Shown piece after piece: positions 52,130-60,660 of a stretch of DNA of 64,000 nt. The position numbers were made by a program, and so were the translations under genes. The notes below the pieces were generated by a model. The model had not been told where the DNA came from and searched no databases. It saw only the letters and a program-made list of their open reading frames with translations. This DNA comes from a bacterium (GTDB lineage: Bacteria; Electryoneota; JAOADG01): NCBI GenBank assembly GCA_963681965.1, contig OY820579.1, forward strand, positions 2,688,001 through 2,752,000. The letters are read 5' to 3'. Numbering within the stretch: the stretch's first letter is position 1; each line of letters opens with the position of its first letter.

Positions 52130-55100
52130 TTATTTTCTAAATTGATTCAATTTCATTACGGGTGCTCGATTTAAAATTCCTGTCGTTGGAGTTGGCGTTC
52201 GAAGCCAGTTGGAACTAGAACTTGCACTGCCTCGATACGCAGTTACCCGGTAATAATAGTGCCCGGTAACGGATTCAGTGTACTCGGTAGTTGTCGAAGG
52301 TAGTTGAGTTAAATAGTAAGTGGAATTCGCTGAGAAATAGCCGGTTGTATTACGATAGACTTTGTAGCCATCGATTGAACCAGATACGGCTTGCCATGAC
52401 AGAGTAACTGTTCCAGCGGGAAGCGAATAGGAAATCTGTAATCCAATCGGCATCTCTGGTGGCGCATCCAGACTCGAAACAGTAATGTCGTCTATAAATA
52501 TTACTGCACCGGTTTGATTGTGAGCAATAAATGCAAATCGCACCAACCCCTTGGCTTTTACGGCATCGGGAATTCGAATCGTAGCTTGCCGCCAGGTTGA
52601 TTGCGGTGCTGGAACTTGAGCTGACCCACCGATACCGGATGACAGTGCATTCTCACCAATCCCGTTCGACCACTTCAGCCACAACTCGGTATAATACCAT
52701 TGCTGATCCTGCACGATTACCTGCAAACTATCATTATATGCTGCTAAAAAAGGCGTATATGCCCATTTAAACGATAGTTGACAACTGTCGATTGTGGTTA
52801 AATCGACATCTGGAGTCCATAAGTACGTCTCTCGACCGGGTAGTCCGTCGTGATAACAATCATAAGAAACTACCCCATCACCGGCATTCCCGCCACTCAG
52901 CCGTTGCCATACAGCTTCACCCTGATCTGCCTGCGTGCTCCAGTTGGTCGGTGGAAAACTCGGATCGGCAAAACCGCTGTAAAATGGCAATGTTGCTGGC
53001 GTGTTAGTATACACGACTGTCGGCGGCGAATTATCCGAAGTATCGCCGGGAGCGTTGTATGCCTTCACCACGAACCAATATCCAACACCTGGTTGTAACC
53101 CTGATACCATGATCGAGAGCCAATTCGAGAGTAATTCACGACGTTGGTATGTCGTAAGTAAACCGCTAGGATAATCGACATAGAGTCCCGAATAGAGATC
53201 TTGAATTGAATACATCGTGTTGTATGAATTCTCTGGTGGAAGCGAATTTTGTGCTGTTATCGATAATGTGGAACAGCGCACCATAGTAACCAGTGGAGCT
53301 TGGGGTGTCGCGGGAAGTGTGTATCCCAGAACCTGTGTATTGCCTGGTGAAGGCAACGTATGTAGTAACGAATTGACTTGGAACCAATAACAATTCGATG
53401 GAGCTAGGTTGGTCATTAAATAGGATGTATCGGTTGCGGGTACTTCCGTAAATTGCGAAAACGCTATTCCGTCGAGCGAATACGAGAGCAGGAAACCGGT
53501 TGCATTCGGGTCATTGTTATGCCAATGGAACCGGATTGCCGTCTGCGAAACTGAATCGATTACTGCATTACTAGGTGCTTCTGGTGGTGGAGTCGATAAC
53601 ACTTGAAAATCGGTAATGTAAATATTGGACATATTAGCGCTGTTACCGGTAAACACGAACCGTAAAGTATCGGCAGCCTGAACCTGATCGGGCAGAATGA
53701 TACGCGCTTCGCGCCAAGTATCCCATGTCGCAGGTTGATATTGCGAACCACCAGTACCCGAGGCAAGGGAATTATCGCCAACACCCAATGCTTGTGCCGA
53801 CCACAATTCATTCACATTCCAACCATCCCAAGAATAGCCGAAGTGTAATTGCTCGTTTTGTCCGGAACTGGTGTTGAAATAACTCCATTTGAACCGGACT
53901 TCGGCGGGAATGGAGGTAACGAGATTGTAATAATTCGACCAGAGTTGACTTGTACCAGCAGTACCGGTATCGAGGTAACATTCATATACGATCGCACCAC
54001 GATTGGCTACGGTATCGACATACCCGCGCCACTGAGTGCCGTGATTGGAATTGCGGACTGTCCAATCCCAGGGCGTTGAACGCATCACATTGAAATTTTG
54101 CGTCGATGGTGTTGAAGCCGCTCCCAGCATATCGATCTCGACCAACGGTGTCATCGTTGAGACAATATCGTGCGCGCGAGCCTGCATACCGAAACTGTAG
54201 TGTCCACCGCAAGTCAAACCGCGGAATTCCAGTGCATTCCACTGCTCCAATGGCAACCATTCCGGTGAGACATTGAACGTTCCGTCGTACTGCATCCATC
54301 CTTGCACGGCTACTGGACGGGTGCGATCCAATGTGTAAATGCAGTACTCCGTCTCGGGACTGTTTGGGTAAGTTGCTGCGTTTTGGAAATACAATTTGAC
54401 GGATGTTTGTGAGACATTGCCGACAATCGGAGTACCCGGTTGGGATGGGGAGGTGATCGCTTCGATCGAAGAGGAGTAGATCGATCGTAAGTCGCCGTTA
54501 TGCGCCCATACCCGGTACCAGTAGTGCTGTCCGGCTTGAACCTGTGTGTCGACAAATCGCGCAAGATTCATCATCGTATGTCCAATCGAATCGTAATTCA
54601 CACTATCGGATGACCGCTCGATGATGAATCCGGCTTCATTCGACGAATGATCCTGCCAATTGAGTGTCACATAATTCGAGGAAATACCTTCGACAAACAG
54701 ATTCGTAGGAGAATTTACCCGGGCGTAACCGTATACCTTCACATTGTCGAGAAAGAAATCTGAGAAAGAATGATAACGATCATCCTGTCGCGATAAATAA
54801 AATCCGATAAATAAGGATGGATTTCCAGCCGCATCGGGTGGCAACTGTACTTCAACATGTTCGTACTCCGATGGCGCTGAAATGGGTCCACCACCTGATC
54901 CGACACATAACGCATGTTCGCCAGTACCGTCATTGGTGCGATATTGAGCCGTGTGAATGGTATGCAGACTATCGGTCGACCAAACGAGTCGAAAAGTATC
55001 GGCGACTTCACTTGTATACGGGAAGCATCCAAGATCGTATTGAATGGTGATCGCTGTAGAATAAAGCGAAAATAATCGAGGTGACCAGAGATAATCGGCA

Positions 55101-57052
55101 GTATCCAAATTGTAAAAATGATGACCTATCATCGTACCATCCCAGTCATCGGTTCGATCCCAAGATGACCCTCGATCGTAAGGGGCGGTCCAACCGACTC
55201 CAAACCGTGAAGGTGTACTCCAAGTCTCAATGAACGGTAATTGTCGAGATGGCGACACCATGATCGGAATCTTCATCGTATCGCCGAGCGATGGCCATTG
55301 TGTCGAAACGATTCGAAATCGTGCATTCGACAGGGGGGTATAATCCGATGTCCAGCGATAAGCATAATCCGGACTGTTATCGATGATCGTAGACCAATTT
55401 CCGGAAGGATAATTGCTGTCAAACTCTAGACGGAATGATGTAATATCCGATTGTGCTATCCACGATAGATCAAGTGTATCGCCATAAACCATTTTAACGG
55501 TATCGGTATTCATCATCGAGAAACTGATCGGTCGCAGAGTAATCATCGCTTTGTAGGCATCGACAATTCGACCTAACCGATTGCGGTACATATCGGCATT
55601 CCACGGTGCGGGATCGGTGCCAGTATCATAAAGGTGATTCAATAATTGTGTGGCAGTGAATTCCGGTTTATTCGAGAGAATGAGCGCTGCTACCGAAGCG
55701 GTATTCGGGCACGACATCGACGTACCGTTCATAAACTCGTAATCGTGAGGATGGTAGGTATTATTTTTCATCGTCGATAGAATGTCGACGCCCGGTGCGA
55801 TAAAGCACATATAAGGGTTGTAGTTAGAGAAACTGGCACGAACGTTGCCAGTTGAACAAGCCGCTACAGCAATGACACCATTCAATCCAGCAGGGTATCG
55901 AGTGTCGCCCGAATTCTCATTTCCAGCAGATGCGAACGGTAGACATTCATGACTGCGAGCATATTGAATTGCAGTCTGTAACGAAGTGGTTGTAACCCCC
56001 AAAGGATTAAAGTCGCCTCCATAACTCATGCTAAGAATCCGAGCGCCTCGATTCACGCAATATTGTACTGCCGGTGCCACATCGGTATGAAAGAACCGGC
56101 TAGTATAGTCGCTGGAATTATTGATTCGGACGTTAAAACCAGCACGAACTGCCAACATTTTAACATTGTAGCTGGCAGCGGGAACACCATTGCGATTGTT
56201 GGTGACAACCGCAATCGTACCGGCGACATGGGTACCGTGCCCATTGATATCCATCGGGTTGTTATCGATCGGTCCGTAATCTTCACCATCGTCGTTTTGG
56301 ACTCCTGGCAACCAAAATGCGTTGTTATTGGCGAAATCGAAGCCGATCACATCGTCGGTATATCCGTTGCCGTCGTTATCGATACCATCTTCATCAGCGG
56401 CAGTATACCGACCATCGTGGTTGATGTCCTCGAGATCGTTCACTTTTATATTGCCGACGAGATCGGGATGTAAGTAATCGATACCGGTATCGATGGTTGC
56501 GACAATTATTGATGAACTGCCCTTACCGTAATTCCAGGCTTGACGGCAGTGCATCGAATCGAGCCCCCACATCGTGGTTGAATGCCGAGCTGATGGATAA
56601 AGCTGCCAATCGGTGGGCGTGTTGTGTCCTTCATAAATTGGACTTGCATAAGCGGTTTCGATAGATAAACAAGTTCGAATTTCATCGGCAATGTCGATCG
56701 CATTTTGCTTACCGAATGCCTGCGGAAGCGGTAAAGCGCTTCGGAAGTAATAAAATCGATCCATTCCCAGTTCCCAGAAATACTTATCATGACGCGAGAT
56801 TGGATCGAAAGAAAATGTCGGATGTAACTCTTTGACATGATATCGCTGGAGGATCGCATCCAACTTGAAATCGCCAGTAGGAAAGTGGATTATTCCATCG
56901 GTTGATTTGTGCAACGTCTGATTGAACGATGGGGTAAACATCAGTTCAACCAGATCGGGAACGTAATCAATTCCCGGTTTTGGTGGATGGGATTGAGCGA
57001 ATGAGCAGGCAAGCAGTAGAGTGATGAGTATAACCGCAATACCAAGGCGCAT
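52130..57052 (-). CDS. Secreted S8 (subtilisin-like) serine protease with propeptide, FN3 repeats, three jelly-roll-like domains and a C-terminal FN3-like 'YYRV' domain
   Basis: Catalytic triad IDTGID / HGTHVAG / GTSMSCP; oxyanion ASAGN; Ca loop DNDGNGYTDD; WQDHSSNEAGFIIERS (FN3); GGAGG RBS. Confidence 0.92.
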   Translation of the reverse strand: MRLGIAVILITLLLACSFAQSHPPKPGIDYVPDLVELMFTPSFNQTLHKSTDGIIHFPTGDFKLDAILQRYHVKELHPTFSFDPISRHDKYFWELGMDRFYYFRSALPLPQAFGKQNAIDIADEIRTCLSIETAYASPIYEGHNTPTDWQLYPSARHSTTMWGLDSMHCRQAWNYGKGSSSIIVATIDTGIDYLHPDLVGNIKVNDLEDINHDGRYTAADEDGIDNDGNGYTDDVIGFDFANNNAFWLPGVQNDDGEDYGPIDNNPMDINGHGTHVAGTIAVVTNNRNGVPAASYNVKMLAVRAGFNVRINNSSDYTSRFFHTDVAPAVQYCVNRGARILSMSYGGDFNPLGVTTTSLQTAIQYARSHECLPFASAGNENSGDTRYPAGLNGVIAVAACSTGNVRASFSNYNPYMCFIAPGVDILSTMKNNTYHPHDYEFMNGTSMSCPNTASVAALILSNKPEFTATQLLNHLYDTGTDPAPWNADMYRNRLGRIVDAYKAMITLRPISFSMMNTDTVKMVYGDTLDLSWIAQSDITSFRLEFDSNYPSGNWSTIIDNSPDYAYRWTSDYTPLSNARFRIVSTQWPSLGDTMKIPIMVSPSRQLPFIETWSTPSRFGVGWTAPYDRGSSWDRTDDWDGTMIGHHFYNLDTADYLWSPRLFSLYSTAITIQYDLGCFPYTSEVADTFRLVWSTDSLHTIHTAQYRTNDGTGEHALCVGSGGGPISAPSEYEHVEVQLPPDAAGNPSLFIGFYLSRQDDRYHSFSDFFLDNVKVYGYARVNSPTNLFVEGISSNYVTLNWQDHSSNEAGFIIERSSDSVNYDSIGHTMMNLARFVDTQVQAGQHYWYRVWAHNGDLRSIYSSSIEAITSPSQPGTPIVGNVSQTSVKLYFQNAATYPNSPETEYCIYTLDRTRPVAVQGWMQYDGTFNVSPEWLPLEQWNALEFRGLTCGGHYSFGMQARAHDIVSTMTPLVEIDMLGAASTPSTQNFNVMRSTPWDWTVRNSNHGTQWRGYVDTVANRGAIVYECYLDTGTAGTSQLWSNYYNLVTSIPAEVRFKWSYFNTSSGQNEQLHFGYSWDGWNVNELWSAQALGVGDNSLASGTGGSQYQPATWDTWREARIILPDQVQAADTLRFVFTGNSANMSNIYITDFQVLSTPPPEAPSNAVIDSVSQTAIRFHWHNNDPNATGFLLSYSLDGIAFSQFTEVPATDTSYLMTNLAPSNCYWFQVNSLLHTLPSPGNTQVLGYTLPATPQAPLVTMVRCSTLSITAQNSLPPENSYNTMYSIQDLYSGLYVDYPSGLLTTYQRRELLSNWLSIMVSGLQPGVGYWFVVKAYNAPGDTSDNSPPTVVYTNTPATLPFYSGFADPSFPPTNWSTQADQGEAVWQRLSGGNAGDGVVSYDCYHDGLPGRETYLWTPDVDLTTIDSCQLSFKWAYTPFLAAYNDSLQVIVQDQQWYYTELWLKWSNGIGENALSSGIGGSAQVPAPQSTWRQATIRIPDAVKAKGLVRFAFIAHNQTGAVIFIDDITVSSLDAPPEMPIGLQISYSLPAGTVTLSWQAVSGSIDGYKVYRNTTGYFSANSTYYLTQLPSTTTEYTESVTGHYYYRVTAYRGSASSSSNWLRTPTPTTGILNRAPVMKLNQFRK

Positions 57053-57396
57053 AAGGCACCTCCAAAGAAATAGTAGAACAGAATTTCGGTCGTAGTACGC
57101 GAAGATCGCAGTTTACGGGCACCGAAATTGGCGAGTTTGTTTAATACTAATCACTAAGTACAAAAAAAATCAAAGCGGTTAAAGAGGCTAGAACAGTACT
57201 AAACATAGAGATGAACCGGTATTGCATCAAGACAAGTATGGTAAAAATGCAAAAAATACTGTGCGATTGATCACTGATCGTAGCTAAAAGTAACTACAAT
57301 TATAATAAAAATGGATAGTAGAAGTACACCGGATCGGTAAAATAATAATTACATGTATTGATAATATAATTAGATAACTCAGAGATTTGGATGTAC

Positions 57397-57509
57397 TGAC
57401 CAAACAGTATATATTGTGACTAGTCAGTCATGTTGTGACCAATAATTTGTAGAGGAATACTGATGGGTCATAATACGACTAATTAGTATAGATATTGACT
57501 GAAAAGTCG
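57397..57509. promoter_or_regulatory. Array of ~6 TGAC-N6-GTCA-like palindromes with ~20-bp period; candidate TetR operators
   Basis: Sites start at 57397, 57417, 57436 (half-site), 57457, 57476 and 57496, directly upstream of tetR. Confidence 0.65.
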
Positions 57510-57517
57510 AGGGTAAA

Positions 57518-58183
57518 ATGGAAGAAGTCGAAAGCACCCCAAAACCGTCGCGAAAAGAGCTAGAGAAACTGCAACGGAAACGGGAAATCTTGAACGCAGC
57601 AAAAGCTTGTTTTCTCGAAAAGGGGTATCAAAATACTACTCTGGATGAGATTGCACAGCGAGCTGAGTTTGGTAAGGGGACGATCTATAACTATTTCGAA
57701 AGCAAGGAAGAGCTGCTCCTCGGTTTAATCGAACAATTCATGAAAGACGGGGTTGTGATTGCCGAAGAAGCAATTCTTCACTTTCCCGGAACAGCTCGCG
57801 AGAAGTTGACGAATTATGTGAAAACCGTTTTGAAAATGGGTACGGAACACGAGCATTTCCATATGGTAATATCCGAAATTCACAGTCTACGTACACAGGG
57901 ATTTGAAGATCGGATGAAGTCGATTGGCAAACTCTTCGAAGATATTTGGAAAGTACCGGCAAGGTTATTGCAGGAAGAAATTGATGCCGGTCGGATCAAA
58001 CCAAAGAATCCGTTTTACATGGCTTGCATGTTCGATATGATGGTCCGGGTATTCGGGGTGGGTACACAGCAGGATAAATTCCCGATCAAAATTAGCGATC
58101 ATGATGAAATTGCCGATCTGATTATTACTACATTTTTCGATGGTATGTCGATCCACAGTTATGAAGGACAGTACAATGGTTAA
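57518..58183 (+). CDS. TetR/AcrR-family transcriptional regulator
   Basis: HTH ILNAAKACFLEKGYQNTTLDEIAQRAEFGKGTIYNYFESKEELL. Confidence 0.95.
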   Translation: MEEVESTPKPSRKELEKLQRKREILNAAKACFLEKGYQNTTLDEIAQRAEFGKGTIYNYFESKEELLLGLIEQFMKDGVVIAEEAILHFPGTAREKLTNYVKTVLKMGTEHEHFHMVISEIHSLRTQGFEDRMKSIGKLFEDIWKVPARLLQEEIDAGRIKPKNPFYMACMFDMMVRVFGVGTQQDKFPIKISDHDEIADLIITTFFDGMSIHSYEGQYNG

Positions 58184-59525
58184 ACCGAAGTCGGTGCTGC
58201 GACTAGTCGTAATCACCTTGTTAATAAGTGTACTTCCGTTAACGGAATTGGTTCATGCTGCTACCGATACATCGGCAATTGCCAATGCGCGAGTTTTGAA
58301 TTTGTCAACTACGATCAGCATGGCTCTGGATCAGAATCGCGACATAATGAGTTCAAAGCAGGACGTTGCGAAATCCCACGCACAGGTTCGAGAGGCTTGG
58401 TCGAATGCGTTACCGAGTATCTCGGTCTCGAGTACTTATCTCCGGTATGCGATTGCTCCTCAGATGTTCTTCAACGGTATGTCGATCACAACATCGTTGG
58501 ACAATTCTTACTCGGCATCCGCTCAAATATCGCAACCTTTGTTGAGCCGCAAAGTAGGTATCGCGCTTGACGTTGCAAAATTGTACGACCAGTACACCGA
58601 TAAAGGGTATCAATCGTCGCGAGAAGCGACCATTCGTGCCGCAACCAGAGCATTTTATCAAGTGCTGTTGACCAGGAAACTGGTTGATGTCAATCGCGAA
58701 GGGTTAAATGTCGCTACGGCAAATCGCGACAATATCCGCGCCCAGTATCAAAATGGTACTGCCGCTGAATACGATTTGCTCCGTTCCGAAGTGCAGGTCG
58801 CCAATACCGAACCATTGGTGATTGCTGCAGAAAATAATCTGGAATTGTCAAAGAATGCGCTGAAAAATTTGCTGGCAATTCCATTGAATGATCCGATCAA
58901 AGTTGAAGGTGATTTCGAATATTCCGAAGTATCATTGGATGAAATCGCCATGTCACGTTCCAGTGCAACTGCAAACAATACTATTCTGCAACAATTGCGA
59001 TTGCAAGAAAACATGCTGACGAAGAATGTGAAGATCGAGCAAGCAGGATATTGGCCGACCCTCTATCTGATCGGAAATTACAATCTTCAAACGCAAGACA
59101 ACACATTCCATTTCAGTAAATACAAGTGGAACGATGCATTTGCCTACGGTTTGACCTTTTCGTTTACTCCGTTCGATGGTTTTCGTACTTCTGCACGCGT
59201 TCAACAAGCCGCTGCCGATCTGAAAAAAATCCAACTGGCACGGGTAAAGGCAGAAGAAGGCTTGCAATTGCAAATCCAAGCCTCAGTCAACCAAATGCTG
59301 GAAGCGAAGAAACGGATTCAGGCGCAATCGAAGGGGTTGGAACAAGCACAGAAAGCGCTTCAGATCGCACAAACTCGATTCCGTAATGGGATCGGTACTC
59401 AACTGGAGCTTCTCGATACGCAAGCGGCATTAACACAGGCACAAACCAGTTATTCTGTAGCGATTTACGATTATCTATCGGCTAAAACGGATTGGCAGTA
59501 TTTCGTCGGAAGTATTCGGCAATAA
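58176..59525 (+). CDS. TolC-family outer membrane efflux protein
   Basis: Signal peptide; OEP repeats; RFRNGIGTQLELLDTQ; start overlaps the tetR stop. Confidence 0.92.
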   Translation: MVKPKSVLRLVVITLLISVLPLTELVHAATDTSAIANARVLNLSTTISMALDQNRDIMSSKQDVAKSHAQVREAWSNALPSISVSSTYLRYAIAPQMFFNGMSITTSLDNSYSASAQISQPLLSRKVGIALDVAKLYDQYTDKGYQSSREATIRAATRAFYQVLLTRKLVDVNREGLNVATANRDNIRAQYQNGTAAEYDLLRSEVQVANTEPLVIAAENNLELSKNALKNLLAIPLNDPIKVEGDFEYSEVSLDEIAMSRSSATANNTILQQLRLQENMLTKNVKIEQAGYWPTLYLIGNYNLQTQDNTFHFSKYKWNDAFAYGLTFSFTPFDGFRTSARVQQAAADLKKIQLARVKAEEGLQLQIQASVNQMLEAKKRIQAQSKGLEQAQKALQIAQTRFRNGIGTQLELLDTQAALTQAQTSYSVAIYDYLSAKTDWQYFVGSIRQ

Positions 59526-59564
59526 CGGTCGACACGTAAGCGATGATTTTGAATGGAGGATGGA

Positions 59565-60632
59565 ATGTTGTTAACTCAAAAAAATATAAACCTGCTGCAA
59601 CTTGGCTTACTAACCGTTATGGCATTGAGTCTGTTTATTGGTTGCGGAAAAAAAGAATCGGCAACTACCGAAACAAATAAGAACACCGATCAGGTAATTC
59701 CGGTTGAAGTGACTGCCGTGCAGCGTGAAGATCTTTCAGTATTGAAAACATATACCGGACCTCTGGAAGGCGTGGAACAAGCGAGTATCGTGCCGAAGAT
59801 TTCGGAGCGGATTGAGTCGGTTAAAACACACATTGGCTCATCAGTCAAAAAGGGTGATGTTTTGGTAATTCTGGATAAGGGAGGACCAACGTCACAATTC
59901 CTGCAGTCCGAAGCGAATTATTTGAATACCGATAAAACGCTTACGCGCATGAAAGCTCTCTTCAAAGAGGGGGCGATTTCACAACAATCGCTGGATGGCG
60001 TACAAACCAGTTTCGATATCGCCAAGGCGAATTACGAAGCTGCCAAACAGAACGTCGAATTAGTAGCACCAATTTCCGGAATTGTTACGGCATTACCGGC
60101 TGAAGTCGGCTCGCTGTCCAGTCCTGGAGTCGCATTAGCGACAGTAGCGCAAATCGATCGCATTAAAGTCATCTTCAATATGAATGAAGAGGACGTAGTC
60201 GACATCGCAGTCGGACAGACAGTTCAAATCAATTCGGAATATCGCACCGAAGCACCAGTCGATGGAAAAGTTACGGAAGTTTTTCACTCAGCCGATGCAC
60301 AATCGCGTACTTTCGAAGTTCGAGCGTTATTCACCAACACAGCCGATCGGTGGTTCAAACCGGGAATGTTCGTGAAAGTGAAGTACCAGAGCAAACCGCA
60401 AACCAAAGCGATGGTCATACCCAATCAAGCAATCCTGAACGACGGTTCTGTCAGTAAGGTTTTCGTAATAAAGAACGGTCGCTCGTTCCAGAAGACGATC
60501 TCCCTGGGAAATACTGACGGCATCAAAACCGTTGTTCGTGATGGATTAACTGATACCGACACTGTCGTCATAACCGGTTGGAACAACCTCCGCGACAGTA
60601 TCAGTGTCAACGAAACCGTGGCAAGTAAATAA
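59565..60632 (+). CDS. RND efflux periplasmic adaptor (MFP), lipoprotein
   Basis: Lipobox FIGC; GSSVKKGDVL, APISGIV and PGMFV. The start may be 59553. Confidence 0.93.
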   Translation: MLLTQKNINLLQLGLLTVMALSLFIGCGKKESATTETNKNTDQVIPVEVTAVQREDLSVLKTYTGPLEGVEQASIVPKISERIESVKTHIGSSVKKGDVLVILDKGGPTSQFLQSEANYLNTDKTLTRMKALFKEGAISQQSLDGVQTSFDIAKANYEAAKQNVELVAPISGIVTALPAEVGSLSSPGVALATVAQIDRIKVIFNMNEEDVVDIAVGQTVQINSEYRTEAPVDGKVTEVFHSADAQSRTFEVRALFTNTADRWFKPGMFVKVKYQSKPQTKAMVIPNQAILNDGSVSKVFVIKNGRSFQKTISLGNTDGIKTVVRDGLTDTDTVVITGWNNLRDSISVNETVASK

Positions 60633-60660
60633 CTAGTTCGATTGTCAGGAGTCTGGTGTT

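Noticed and set aside
57397-57509. CRISPR or mini-array interpretation of the periodic repeats
   Set aside because: The units are degenerate 14-bp palindromes with 5-7 bp gaps, there are no spacer-length sequences, and no cas genes are in the window.
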